Numbered from the whole stretch's first letter, positions 12,107 through 24,982 are shown. The stretch: DNA of 62,747 nt, filler included, from Chiloscyllium plagiosum (GCF_004010195.1; 4 parts of one record of this genome joined end to end with filler, not necessarily neighbours in it); one strand, 5' to 3'. Program-made: numbers and translations. The notes: generated from the sequence alone by a model not told the origin.

Positions 12107-13439
12107 ATAGACCGGGAATCGAGGGATACAGAACAAGTTGCTAATTGGCTGACCCCCACATGACCAGCCATCCAAGCAGCAGAGCCCATGAGCAGAAGTG
12201 GCACTCGCTTCTTTTCCTGCTGTGGACAACTGTGCCACAGCCCAAACGTTTGTACAATTGAGTCCACTTAATGCAGCTTTGCCATCTTCTCTTCTGTATA
12301 GGCAATCGAGGATGACTTGCTGCTCTTCCAGCTCGTTGAAGTCTGAGATGGCTGGTAAGTTCAATGTACAGTCGGCAGCCTCTGCCACCTGCAGGTCAGG
12401 ATGTATTCAAATTATCAACGTTAGATGAAACTAACTGAGAAAAGTCCTGGGATCAACCTGGGATTTTGTTTTGATCAGTGTAGCATTGCACATAGGCGAC
12501 ATTGCATTAACTAACTTCTTTCAAGATATAAGGCAGATTGATAGCAAACACTGAAACTTTCTTTAATTCCTTCTATGTTTTGATACATATATGGGCTCAT
12601 ATTTCATTAGTTCATATTTCATGTGGAAGTAGTCATTGATATCCAAAGATTTCAGCGAAAAAATGTTTGAAAGCATTAGCTCTCATACTGCAGACATCTA
12701 AAATCCAGTAATGTGGTAGATATTCTGAGTGTTGACATTGTATTTCTTGTTTATTCTTCAGTGTGGTTCAGACTTCCCATGGAGATATTGAATACAAAGC
12801 TCCACATGGGTGAATGTTGGGATGGGTTCTGGGATTCATCCCCAACTCACATTCCCACTCCCCTAACCGCACCCTGCCATTCACTCCATCTCCTCAAAAG
12901 ATCCTGCTTGCCCACTCGCAGCAAGAATTACCATTTGTCTTCACCGTTTTGGCTGCGAGACGGTGGCAGCTACATTTTTGTCACTTGCCGTTCATCACTC
13001 TGTTTCAAGGGTCAGCTCTAAAACAAAAAGGCTTCTGTATTGGTTAGAAGCACATGACTTGCATTCAGCACCAAAGTCACAACCTTTCCCCTTACATTGA
13101 TTCTTTTTGGAGCCTGTCGATGGCAGGCTGCAGACATTAGCACTGTGATATCGGGATCAGATCTCTCATTGAAGCCAATTCTTGTTAGATAAGTAGGTGA
13201 AGGAATGAAGATACTATAGTTAAACTTTAGGCGATCATCTTAAGATGCTTTTCAGATATCAGACATATACCAGTACAAATGTGCATTCTGGATAGGGCAG
13301 ATGATTAACAGAAGTTGAAACCGGACTTTTTGCTGTTCCTCATCTTAACCATCACCAGCGAATAGGACTGTACTCTCACCTGGTCTCCCGTGCTAAAGGC
13401 AAAACTTAATAGCAGATTTTCAACATGTGACCTTTTAGG

Positions 13440-13830
13440 ACAGTGGATGCGCAGAATTATGATGGCCGTAGAGAGGGTAGACAGGGAGAAACCTTTCCCC
13501 TTGGTGGAGGGATCACTGACCAGGTGGCATAGATTTCAGGTAAGAGGCAGAAAGTTTAACAGAGGAGTTAATAGTTTAACAGTTGAAAGGAAAAACACTC
13601 CACATCTAAAAGGGGGAGGGAATCTGGAATTTACTACCTCTGAGGATAGGAGAGGCAGAAGCCCTCTCAACATTTAAGAAATTGTTAGATGTGCAGTTGT
13701 GATGCCAAAGCATACAAGACTATGGACCAAATGCTAGAAAATGGAATTAGAATAGTTAGGTGGTTGTTTTTGACTGACACAGATGTGATGGGCCGAAGAA
13801 TCTTTTTCTGCTTTGTAGATCTCTATGATT
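13440..13830 (+). mobile_element. Old CR1 3' fragment
   Basis: RVDREKPFPLVEGSLTR peptide and GGGCCGAAG 3' UTR. Confidence 0.7.
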
Positions 13831-14519
13831 TTAAAACACACCGACATCTATTTGAAAATCAGTGACTTTCTCCGATGGAAATGAATGTCAACATTTCATC
13901 TTTACAGAAAGGCACCTGGGTCTATTAACAAGAACAGTTTATATTTAGATAGGGATTTAAAAATAAGAAAATATTGTAAGGCATTTGGCAGGAGTGTTAT
14001 GAAAACAAAAAGTTGAACTTGAGCTACATAAGGAGATATTGGGTCAGATGACCAAAGGCTCAATCAGATGGGTAGGTTTTAAGAACTATCTTAAAGGGAG
14101 GAATATGAGGTAAAGAGATGGAGATGCAGAGAAGGAATTACAAAGCTAGAACTCTGAAGGCACAGTCAATAATGGTGTATTGATTACAACCAGGGATTAT
14201 CAAGAGCCTAGACTCTGAGGTCATTTTATTTGGCAGGATGTACCGATGATTTATTAATGTACTCTTCATGCTTAGAAACCACAAAAGTCAAGCTAATAGA
14301 AACAATAGTAAAATATGTTTATAGACTGTAGACAAGAATTTAACTGGTGAAATAATGACAAAATACACATCAGAAGCTGATTTGACAAGCAAGTATGCCT
14401 TTGGAGACATCTAATTCAATATAAAGATCTTTAATGCCAAGTCATAAAATTGATTTTACAATAATCATTGACAAGAACCACTTGTAAGTATCTGGATGAT
14501 GCTGAAATATTTCAATGTA

Positions 14520-17040
14520 CAAGATGGTGGCAGCAGAGTAGCAGTGTTTGGGCCTGGTTTCTGAACTCGGGCCTCATCCACTTCCATCTGCCTTTTTCTT
14601 TTCTCACTTTGTTTTACTGATGCTCTTTCTCCTATTCCTTTTTTGGCAGGAAAGGACTCCTTCCTGGAGTGTCAGTAATGGGGGGAGTGGCTCCTTCCCG
14701 GAGTGTGGGTCACGGTGGGAGTGGCTCCTTCCCGGAGTGTGTGTCGCAGTGGGAGTGATTCCTTCCCGGAGTGTGGGTCATGGTGGGAGTGATTCCTTCC
14801 CGGAGTGTGTGTCGCAATGGGAGTGATTCCTTCCCGGAGTGTGGGTCATGGTGGGAGTGATTCCTTCCTGGAGTGTGGGTAGTGATGGGAGTGGCTCCTT
14901 CCCGGAGTGTGGGTAGTGATGGGAGTGGCTCCTTCCCGGAGTGTGGGTAGTGATGGGAGTGATTCCTTCGTGGAGTGTGGGTCGCATTGGGAGTGGCTCC
15001 TTCCCGGAGTGTGGGTCGTGGTGGGAATGGCTCCTTCCCGGAGTGTGGGTCGCGGTGGGAGTGGCTCCTTCCCGGAGTGTGAGTCGCGGTGGGAGTGGCT
15101 CCTTCCTGGAGTGTGGGTCGCAGTCGGAGTGACTCCTTCCCGGAGTGTGGGTCGCGGTGGGAGTGATTCCTTCCTGGAGTGTGGGTAGTGATGGGAGTGG
15201 CTCCTTCCCGGAGTGTGGGTCATGGTGGGAGTGATTCCTCCCCGGAGTGTGGGTAGTGATGGGTGTGGCTCCTTCCCGGAGTGTGGGTCGCAGTGGGAGT
15301 GGCTCCTTCCCGGAGTGTGGGTCATGGTGGGAGTGGTTCCTTCCCGGAATGTGGGTCATGGTGGGAGTGATTCCTCCCCGGAGTGTGGGTAGTGATGGGA
15401 GTGGCTCCTTCCCGGAGTGTGGGTCGCAGTGGGAGTGGCTCCTTCCCCGAGTGTGGGTCGCAGTGGGAGTGGCTCCTTCCCCGAGTGTGAGTCGCGGTGG
15501 GAGTGGTTCCTTCCCCGAGTGTGGGTCGCAGTGGGAGTGGCTCCTTCCTGGAGTGTGGGTCGCAGTGGGAGTGGTTCCTTCCCCGAGTGTGGGTCGCAGT
15601 GGGAGTGGCGCAGTGGGAGTGGTTCCTTCCCCGAGTGTGGGTCGCAGTGGGAGTGGTTCCTTCCCCGAGTGTGAGTCGCGGTGGGAGTGGTTCCTTCCCC
15701 GAGTGTGGGTCGCAGTGGGAGTGGCTCCTTCCCGGAGTGTGGGTCGCAGTGGGAGTGGCTCCTTGCCGGAGTGTGGGTCATGGTGGGAGTGGTTCCTTCC
15801 CCGAGTGTGGTTCATGGTGGGAGTGGTTCCTTCCCCGAGTGTGGGTCGCAGTGGGAATGGTTCCTTCCCCGAGTGTGGGTCGCAGTGGGAGTGGTTCCTT
15901 CCCCGAGTGTGGGTCATGGTGGGAGTGGTTCCTTCCCGGAGTGTGGGTCATGGTGGGAGTGGTTCCTTCCCGGAGTGTGTGTAGTGGTCGGAGTGGTTCC
16001 TTCCCGGAGTGTGGGTCATGGTGGGAATGGTTCCTTCCCGGAGTGTGGGTCGCAGTGGGAGTGGTTCCTTCCCCGAGTGTGGGTCGCAGTGGGAGTGGCT
16101 CCTTCCCGGAGTGTGGGTCATGGTGGGAGTGATTCCTTCCCCGAGTGTGGGTCGCGGTGGGAGTGATTCCTTCCCGGAGTGTGGGTCATGGTGGGAGTGA
16201 TTCCTTCCCGGAGTGTGGGTTATGGTGGGAGTGATTCCTTCCCGGAGTGTGGGTAGTGATGGGAGTGGCTCCTTCCCTGAGTGTGGGTTATGGTGGGAGT
16301 GTTTCCTTCCCGGCGTGTGGGTCATGGTGGGAATGGTTCCTTCCCGGATTGTGAGTCGCATTGGGAGTGGCTCCTTCCCGGAGTGTGGGTCGCGGTGGGA
16401 GTGTTTCCTTCCCGGAGTGTGGGTAGTGGTCGGAGTGATTCGTTCCCGGAGTGTGGGTCATGGTTCCTTCCTGATGTGTGGGTCGCAGTGGGAGTGGTGG
16501 TTTTTTTTGCTGAAATGGCTGTCCTGTGTGCACCAGGGGCTGTAACGTGAGACTGAACGAGGCACCAGTTTCTTTGGCCCCATGGACCCAGTGTTGCGTT
16601 TGAGCCCAGCTCTGGAACCGGTGGCGGTAACTGCATTACTGAGTGTGAACGCATGGTGGCGGTGACATCGATAGAGACAGGGCGGTGCTGAGGAATGGTG
16701 ACATAGTCCCAGAGATGACAGTGTGGCTTCGGGACATATTTTGGCCTAGCTACCTGACGGTGGAGACAGTATCTGTGGGAGTGTGCAGGATTTGGGAACA
16801 CCTGAATGTACACAGACTGAGGGAAGGACTCTGTGGCTTTGTTTATCTGGCGGTGAAGACTCATGGCCGAGGCAGGTAAGAGATCTGGAATTTTCCTTTT
16901 CTTTTGCCATTTCTTTTATTTCTGCTTCTGTTTTTAATCCTGTCTTTTGAATCTAATATGGCGCTGGAGCATGGCCACTTTGTACACTTTTGACTGTATT
17001 CTTGTTCATGACAATAAAGTCTAAATGCATATCTAAATCT
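14520..17040 (+). mobile_element. Putative non-autonomous retroelement enclosing the minisatellite
   Basis: Starts with YY1-like CAAGATGGTGGC and ends CTTTTGACTGT..GACAATAAA-(TCTAAA), like the Rex1 tail at 55818-55866; no clear TSD. Confidence 0.4.
14656..16497. repeat. 34-bp minisatellite, about 54 units (GGGAGTGGCTCCTTCCCGGAGTGTGGGTCGCAGT and variants)
   Basis: Period 34 (units start at 15295 and 15329); explains all ORFs at 14.5-16.5 kb. Confidence 0.97.
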
Positions 17041-17194
17041 TCTGTAACAAAAGAAACAGTTTGCTAAATGATGCTTTTTGAAGAGCGATGTCTCTTTAAT
17101 TTAAAATGGATACTACTGCTAACATGACAACATTGAAAGAATTTCTTTTTTCTCTTACATGTGGATGAAAGGAATAAACTTCTCATTTATAATG

Positions 17195-17378
17195 GGGTAA
17201 AAACAATGACTGCAGATGCTGGAAACCAGAGTCTGGATTAGTGGTGCTGGAAGAGCACATCAGTTCAGGCAGCATCCAAGGGGCAGCAAAATCGATGTTT
17301 CAGGCAAAAGCCCTTCATCAGGAATAAAGGCAGTGAGCCTGAAGCGTGGAGAGATAAGCTAGAGGAGGGTGGGGATGT
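17195..17378 (-). mobile_element. PLE terminal repeat, family 1, with hammerhead at 17294-17321
   Basis: Minus strand CTGATGA-AGGGCTTTTGCCT-GAAAC-ATC. Confidence 0.8.
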
Positions 17379-18487
17379 GACTGTTGTCAGATATCGCAGC
17401 ACTGGTGTTAAAATGAAATGCCCTCCACATCACATCAGGCAAGTTAAATTCTGACCTTGGTATCACAAATGGAAATGATTGCTATGGCTTTTGTCCACTG
17501 TTGTTTCTCACAAACCCCATTTCATGAGTGCCCAATTAAAAGTAGGGATGCTATTCTCTGTGTTGTTAGGGTGCATGCCGTCGAAACAGATGAAAAGCTA
17601 GTCATTCATTTTGTGAGGATTTGTTAAGATAGGGATTTTGAGAGATTCCTAAATTAATTACATAATAGAGAGACTCCAGTACTAAAGGTTACATGACATC
17701 TCCCTCAATGAAAAATTATGCAGAATGACCAATCATTAAATTTTATTCACTCTGCACCATTGAAGTGCCAGAATACCACTCCAGTGACAAACCTGACAAC
17801 AGTGTTGGGAAAATGGGAAGTATGGGGCATAAAAGCAATTGGCTGACCTGAAGCAAGATGGACACAGGCAAGATAGAAAGCATGTTCACATTGATGCTCA
17901 TATTACAGGCAGCAGACTTCCACAGTCAGCCTTGCTCTGTGTGTTGTGGCCAAGCAATATAGCATCTTTAATGGAAAAGCATTCAGAGAGTTCCTATCAT
18001 GACCTCGGCAAGTATCAAAACACTTTACAAATAGAGTAGAGCAATTTGTGTAGTGCAAATACAATACTGCAACATAATAAAAGATTACAAGCTGTTCATA
18101 TGGAAGAGAATATGACAATGAGGCACATCAGGGGATATTAAGCAATGATGAAAAGCTTGGTCACAGAGCTGGTTTTTATGGAGAATTTTAAAAGAGAAGA
18201 GAGAACTTAAGAGGCAGGAGGATTTTGGGAAGTCAAAAGCTTAGGGCTGTGCCAACTGAAAGACAAACCACAAATGGTGGATTGAAAGGCACTCAACAAT
18301 GCAATTAAAGTCAGGAATGCTGAGGAGGTCATATTTAGTGGCATGTACAAATCTAGGGTTTCAAGAAGGGGAGGATATTACACAGATAAGGAGAGAAAAG
18401 TCCATGATATGATTTAAAAATAGGCACATGTACTTTAAAATCCAAATGTTTCTTAGACAGGAAGCACCAGATTGGTGGGTAAAAAGG

Positions 18488-18577
18488 CTGAAGTGTGTGC
18501 TGCAGATGTTGGAGATTAGAGTCAAGATTAGAGTGGTGCTGGAAAAGCACAACAGATCGGGCAATAAAAAGTAAAAA
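18488..18577 (-). mobile_element. Short family-1 PLE fragment
   Basis: CTGCAGATGTTGGAGATTAGAG..GCTGGAAAAGCAC; 14-bp TSD GGTGGGTAAAAAGG at 18474-18487 and 18578-18591. Confidence 0.75.
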
Positions 18578-18614
18578 GGTGGGTAAAAAGGACTTGTTGT
18601 GAATTATTTTTATC

Positions 18615-18915
18615 TCTTCATGGGACATGAGCATTTGTGGGAAGGCCTGTGTTCCTCGCCGATCCCTAATTAACCAGGAGGAAGTGGCAATCAGCTGCTT
18701 GTTTGAACCACTGCAGCCCATGTAATGCAGGTACCACCATCATCCAGCCACATTGAAAGAAAAACGATATTGTCCCAAGTCAGGATGATGTGTGGTTTTG
18801 AGGAAAGTTTGGAGGGAGTGTCAATCTCATGTCTGCTGCCCTTATCCTTCAAGGTGGCATAGAGTCCAAGTTTTGGAAGGTGCTATGGAAGGAAACTTGG
18901 TGAGTTGTTGCAGCG
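18615..18915 (-). mobile_element. L2/Crack-like LINE 3' remnant
   Basis: Homologous to 40830-41130. Confidence 0.5.
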
Positions 18916-19186
18916 CAACAAATGGTTGAGGAAGTCAAAAATCAGTGTTGCCATTAAATAAAGAAAACGGACCATTCTAACTCCACTGGCAGCTGCAATA
19001 ATATCAGATGTGTAACGTGATGAGAAGAGTGAGCAAATTGATATTTTGGCTGGGTGTCACCAATACTTTACCCCAAAATGATCTGAATTGAGTTGCACCT
19101 TCTGAATGTCACTCACGTATGATGGTATTATGCTTTCCCCATATGTCATTTTGTCGTCCATCCATTGAGTAACATTTCACATGCTG

Positions 19187-19632
19187 TCATAGAGTCATAG
19201 AGATGTACAGCACAGAAACAGACCCTTCGGTCCAACCTGTCCTTGCCGACCAGAGATCCCAACCCAATCTAGTCCACCCTGCCAGCACCCGGCCCATATC
19301 CCTCCAAACCCTTTCTATTCATATACCCATCCAGATGCCTCTTAAATGTAAAATTGTACTAGGCTCCACCACTTCCTCTGGCAGCTCATTCCATACACGC
19401 ACCACCCTCTGAGCGAAAATGTTGCCTCTTAGGTCTCTTTTATATCATTCCCCTCTCACCCTAAACCTATGCCCTCTAGTTCTTAAATCTTTTCTGAACC
19501 CCTTCAAGTTTCACAACATCTTTCCAATAGGAAGGAGATCAGAACTGCACACAATATTCCAACAGTGGCCTAACCAATGTCCTGTACAGTAGCAACATGA
19601 CCTCCCAACTCCTGTACTCAATACTCTGACCC
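19187..19632 (-). mobile_element. CR1 3' end with internal deletion
   Basis: GTCATAGAGTCATAGAGATGTACAGC tail; matches 28367-28970. Confidence 0.9.
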
Positions 19633-19798
19633 CATTCTTTAATGCTGAATAGTGTAAGGGAAACCCTTCAAACAATTGGAATTGTGTGAAATTTGAAAGG
19701 AGATAAAATATCAATTTGTGTAAGAAGACTTGACTATCTTTAAACCAATAAAGCTTCATTATGTAAATCAGTAAAAAATAAGACTACTCTTGTTATAA

Positions 19799-20231
19799 GA
19801 AGCAAGTGAGTTTTAGATTACTTACAGTGTGGAAATACGCCCATTGGCCCAACAAGTCCACACTGACCCACAACCCATTCCCCTAACACTACCGGCAATT
19901 TAGCATGGCCAATTCACCTAACCTGCACATTTTTGGATTGTGGGAGGAAACCAGAGCAAACCCACGCAGAATGTGCAAACTCCATACACAGTCAGTCACC
20001 TGAGTCGGGAATTGAACTCATGTCTCTGGCGATGAGAGACAGCAGTGCTAACCACTGTGCCACCCACGGTGTCTTAGCTACATTCCCCCCAGCCTCACCC
20101 TCCCTACTATTTATCTCTCAGCACCCAGGCCCACAAACCTCATTCCTAATGAAGGGCTTATGCACGAAATAACGACTCTCCTGCTCCTTGGATACCCCCT
20201 GACCTGCTATGCTTTTCCAGCACCACACTCT
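19799..20231 (+). mobile_element. Family-1 PLE insertion with decayed HHR near 20146-20173 and a nested SINE
   Basis: 15-bp TSD CTACTCTTGTTATAA at 19784-19798 and 20232-20246. Confidence 0.8.
19815..20067 (-). mobile_element. HE1/V-type SINE
   Basis: Standard head, core and tail. Confidence 0.88.
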
Positions 20232-21845
20232 CTACTCTTGTTATAATCCCAGACCACACTGCCAAAAATTATGTTACAGTCTAGTTATTGATCATCAGTT
20301 CTTTTTTAAAGTAGATAAAGTGTGAGAACCCCATCATTTACTAAGAAAATAAAACCAGAACATTCCACACTTTGAATAAAGAACAATACAATGTATAATT
20401 GTAAACCAATCAATGATATTTAAACAATTAACATTGAAGCATTCAGAAATCTCATCAAGTAAGTATGGATAGCAGACAAACTGTAATCAAATACCTGACA
20501 GAGGACAAATAATAAATGCAGTTAAGAGAGATCTTATGGACTTTTCAGCAACTACCTCACCAACTTGGTTTAACAAATCTCATTAAAACTTCACAAGAAA
20601 TTCCGAAGTCTTCTTGATTTCCTTCAAAAACTGTTTCATCATGGACTGCTCAATAACTTCTGGTACTTCACTCTCCTTTCCTGGGATAACTCTTTACTGG
20701 GTTATTTAACCCACAGTTCAGTCCTTGAATGTTGGCATAACTTCAGGCTTTTTGCAGACAGCTAGCTTCACCAAGCTAGTAATGGTCCTGATTTTTTTTT
20801 TCTGAGCTATAATCTTCTCCAGCTATACAAAGCTGTATTCCTTGTGGGCTGCCTTTACCCTCATTTCTCCTCTGTGCTAAACTACTGATGTTACATGACT
20901 TCTTCAGAGCTGCACAGCTTCCAGGGCATTTCCTGAACCCTAACTCCAACATATGGCTGCTCCACCTCCCTTCCCACACATCTTCTCTGTCATAATGACT
21001 GAAGCTTGCTTTTTTTGGGATCTTCTCACTGCTCAAAGGTATGGCATTTTCCTAGTTGATCACTGATGGCACTGTAATACTTGACACTTCCATGAGTACA
21101 TGCTACACAATAATGATGGTTTGAGGTGAGTCAGAAGAGTGGATACTGTGGACGATCTCAGTAGAATGAGTGGAACTAATATAATATCAACACCTCCAGA
21201 ACCATTTCCTTAAACAAAGAAAACAACCATCTCTGCTGATTACCACTTTCCAACTAACTAAACTGATTTGTCGGTAATCCTGGAACTGTTTTAGTACCCT
21301 GTTGAGCTAGTTAAAACAATATAATGCTATAGTAATGGAATTTTAATATATGTAAGAACTGTGTTATAAGAGGTTACTTTAAGATATGTATTACAGGATT
21401 CTATTGCGGTCTCGAACTTGAGTTACTGCAGTTGCTGAATAAAGAGGCTATTCTCACCCCTCACTGACTTCGGTCGTTATTTGAACACAATCCCACGGTT
21501 TACACCTGAACCCCTATTACAATTGTGATGATACTTGCTAACAAACATGTAAGAACACCCTTTCTTTATAGAAACTTCCTCTTCTTATCCTGCAGCGTAG
21601 ATCATCTTTATATTCTGAAGCCACTAACTATATTTGCATGATTAAGCTTTTACACCAATTAAACACATGTACATAAGGCTGGTGGACAGGTACAAAAGAT
21701 AATTGATATGCTTAGATTGGAATGCTAGCCTTCATCTCAAAAGTGTTGAAATTCAAAAGAGTGCAAATTATGCTAAAGACCTCTGGTGATACCCTATTTA
21801 GAATACAATATTCATACCTGCGCTTCAGGGCAAACTTACTGATGT

Positions 21846-22190
21846 CAGTGTGGATCAGTGGTTAGCACTACTGCCTCACAGTGCCAGGGATCTGTGTTTG
21901 ATTCCACACTCAGACGACTGTCTGTGTGGAGTTTGCACATTCTCCCTGTGCCTGCATGAATTTTCTCCGGGTGCTCTGGTTTTCTCTCACAGTCCAAAGA
22001 TACACAGGTTGGGCGGATTGGCCATGCTAAATTGGCCACAGTTTTCAGTGAGGTGTCGGCTGGGTGGATTAGGCATTGGAAATATAGGGTTACAGGGATG
22101 GGGTGAATCTGGGTGGGATGATCTTCAGACGGTTGGCATGGACTCAGTGGGCTGAATGGCCTGCTTCTACACTGGAGGGATTCTATGATT
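21846..22190 (+). mobile_element. Diverged HE1/V-type SINE inside an old CR1 remnant
   Basis: CAGTGGTTAGCACTACTGCCTCACAG head and V-core. Confidence 0.85.
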
Positions 22191-22407
22191 GGCCTTTTGA
22201 GGGGCTGCTTTACGAATTTACCAGAATAATACCAGGATTAAAAGAATTAAACTATGAGGAAAAATTGACTGTCTGTGTGGAGTTGACTAAGTTTGTATTC
22301 TATCAAGTGTAAAATTTTATAGGATGGCTATATTCAATATATTTTATGATAATTATATCCAGACGAACAGGTTTCTCTGATGGAGGAGTTCAGATAAGAT
22401 AACATGG

Positions 22408-22633
22408 CCTGTGGGAGGAAACCAGAGCACCCAGAGGAAATTTGTGCAGATACAGGGAGAATGTACAAATTCCACACAGACATTCCCCTGGCACTGTGAG
22501 GCAGTAGCGCTAACCACTGAATCACACTGCCATCAATAAATTTGCCCTGAAGTGCAGCTATGAAAATAGTACTCTAAATACATTCTCACCAGAGCTCTTT
22601 AGCATAATTTGCACTCTTTTGAATTTCAACACT
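22408..22633 (-). repeat. Inverted duplicate of 21742-21992 (CR1 remnant plus SINE 5' part)
   Basis: 22586-22633 reverse complement equals 21742-21789 with 1 mismatch in 48; homology continues across the LINE/SINE junction. Confidence 0.85.
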
Positions 22634-24194
22634 AGATCATTTATTGCCAGGAATCAGTCCTGCATGTAGAGTATAGTGGGAGTCTAGAATTCATCCTCAT
22701 ATAAAGCTGTCAACGTTGGGTCAATTGAAAGTATCAGAACTGTGACTGACAGTTTTCTGCTTATATCTGTGTACAAGAGGATATGGAACTACAAATGGAT
22801 CAATCATAATCTAACTGAATGTACAAACAGGCTCAAGGTACTGAGTAGCCTTCGCCTACCTCCATGTGCCATAAAAAATGACTGTAACATTCGGGTTGAC
22901 AAGATAACTAACGCAGCAGTATGTCATGTGCTGTTTGTACTCCCTGGGCTGAGGGTGTGAAATGGTAGCAGAGAGGTTATCTCCTTTCTGACCTCATCTT
23001 TGTCAAGGGGAGAACTATCCTGACTGTTCCACGTTATGCATGACTATTTTTCAGTTCAGTGAAAAATTAAAGATGAACCAATAATTCCCCACATTACAAA
23101 TTCCACATACTGGTTTTGGAATCTTATATTCTGACATATTTATTAAAATCAATGACAAAATTAAACATTTAATGCATCAATAAATTTTATAAATGACTGG
23201 GAAACATTTTTTTTGTGTTTTGATTTCAATTCAATATTTCTATTTTGATTCAAGTAGGCCAGAATGCATAACATGTGTAGCAATTATATCCCAGAAATGT
23301 GTTATGAATTTTATATTAAAGATTAACTAGAAAAAAAAGTATCTCTCAAACAGTATAACTATGACAGGTATTAATAATATTCAGCTAAAACTGAGTTGCC
23401 ATCCACCATTTTGCTAGTTTTAAAGTAATCCCAACCAACCATTAATGCTATTCGCATTAAGAGCTGTGTGAAACATAGTGCAAAAATTTACCTTCAAGTT
23501 GATTTCTCCCTAATACTGAAGTGCAGCACCTCACTTTCACTTGTAACATCTCTACAGTATTAACAGGGCCAGGAGCTCACTGTGTGGAAATCAGTTATCA
23601 TTAGTCAGTAATTGTAGCCTTCACTTACCTGATTGTGAATTTCCTTCACATCTGTCATCAGAGATCATTCCATTGTCTTTTCTTAAAACTTAAATTATTG
23701 ATTTTCTTTTCCATCAGTTTTAAAAACTCCTACCTTAAAACATCAAAATTGTTTAAAGAACATAAATATATTATTGCAGCTTAATATTTGAGTGTAAGTG
23801 TACCACTAATATTTGGGTGTAAACGTGCGTTTAAAAGAATTTGAAATCAACTAATTGAATCCTACATTAAATCCCTTTTTATAGGACAAGGACAAGAAAG
23901 TGAAGTATATATTTCCATAATTACTCAAGGCTATTCAAAACCATTTAATTTATGACAGCAGTAACTCACGCAGTATTCTGTGACTACACATAAATGCATA
24001 TATTTCAATGAGATCACTTTTTCTACTCAGTGATAATAAATGCACAGCAGGTCATGTTGACTTCATCTCACTTAACCGTGTCTAACTGAATATTAACTGT
24101 ATTGTGGACCCATGGGAATCCTGCTATAAAATTTGGTCTCTAGTTTTGTGTGCATTTCAGCATAAATAACTCAAAGTTAATTAGTTTACTTAAA

Positions 24195-24305
24195 TTCTGA
24201 AGAAGGGTCACTAGACTTGAAATGTTAACTCTGCTTTCTCTCCATAGGTAATGCTGAGTTTCTCCAACAATTTTTGTTTTGTCTCAGGTCTCCAGCTTCT
24301 GCAGT
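24195..24305 (+). mobile_element. PLE-derived element, family 2, with hammerhead-like core
   Basis: CTGAAGA-AGGGTC-ACTA-GACTT-GAAAT-GTT starting at 24197. Confidence 0.6.
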
Positions 24306-24917
24306 TGTTGATTTTAATTTTCTTTAATCTATTGTTGTAAGTATTGTTGAAAATTGAGATGTTGTTGAAACTTTTTGTCTTGTGCTCATCAGGACAATTG
24401 CAAGAATACCAAATTTCAGAGGGTTTGTTATGACCTTTGTTCAAGTCTAAGAGACACAATGTCTGGATATATTCTTTTATCCTGCAGACGACAGGTACAT
24501 CTATATAAATAGATGCAGCTTCCAGCAAACGTTAATGACCTATGTTGTGAGCCCAACTGGTAATCTGATTGTTGGATAATTCTTATCATGCTCTGGATTA
24601 TTTAGCAATTGCAGTCCAACTACTAACCTAACATTAAAAATTGTTAAATTTTGCAACCGCAGGCTGTTTGAATATTGTCAGCAAAGTGACAATTCTGAAC
24701 AGCCACAAAGATGTACTGTTTAATATAATTTCCTAGCCTTGGGGTGTAGCCTACGTGCCGGGCATTGCACTGGCACAGAAATTCCCACATTTGTGTAATA
24801 GGCAGACGATCATCTTAGAGGTAAAAACAATGACTGCAGATGCTGGAAACCAGATTCTGGATCAGTGGTGCTGGAAGAGCACAGCAATTCAGGCAGCATC
24901 CGACGAGCAGCAAAATC

Positions 24918-24945
24918 GACATTTCGGGCAAAAGCCCTTCATCAG
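24918..24945 (-). ncRNA. Minimal hammerhead ribozyme motif
   Basis: CTGATGA-A-GGGC-TTTT-GCCC-GAAAT-GTC. Confidence 0.7.
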
Positions 24946-24954
24946 CTTTTATTC

Positions 24955-24982
24955 CTGATGAAGGGCTTTTGCCCGAAACGTC
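24955..24982 (+). ncRNA. Minimal hammerhead ribozyme motif, intact core
   Basis: CTGATGA-A-GGGC-TTTT-GCCC-GAAAC-GTC with palindromic ACGT stem III. Confidence 0.8.

Noticed and set aside
14656..16550. Long repetitive ORFs (up to 379 aa) and a CRISPR-like periodic array
   Set aside because: Head-to-tail 34-bp units without unique spacers; ORFs in all frames are translation artefacts; eukaryotic context with no cas genes.
23050..24180. Repeat-poor AT-rich tract as a conserved enhancer
   Set aside because: No evidence without cross-species alignment.
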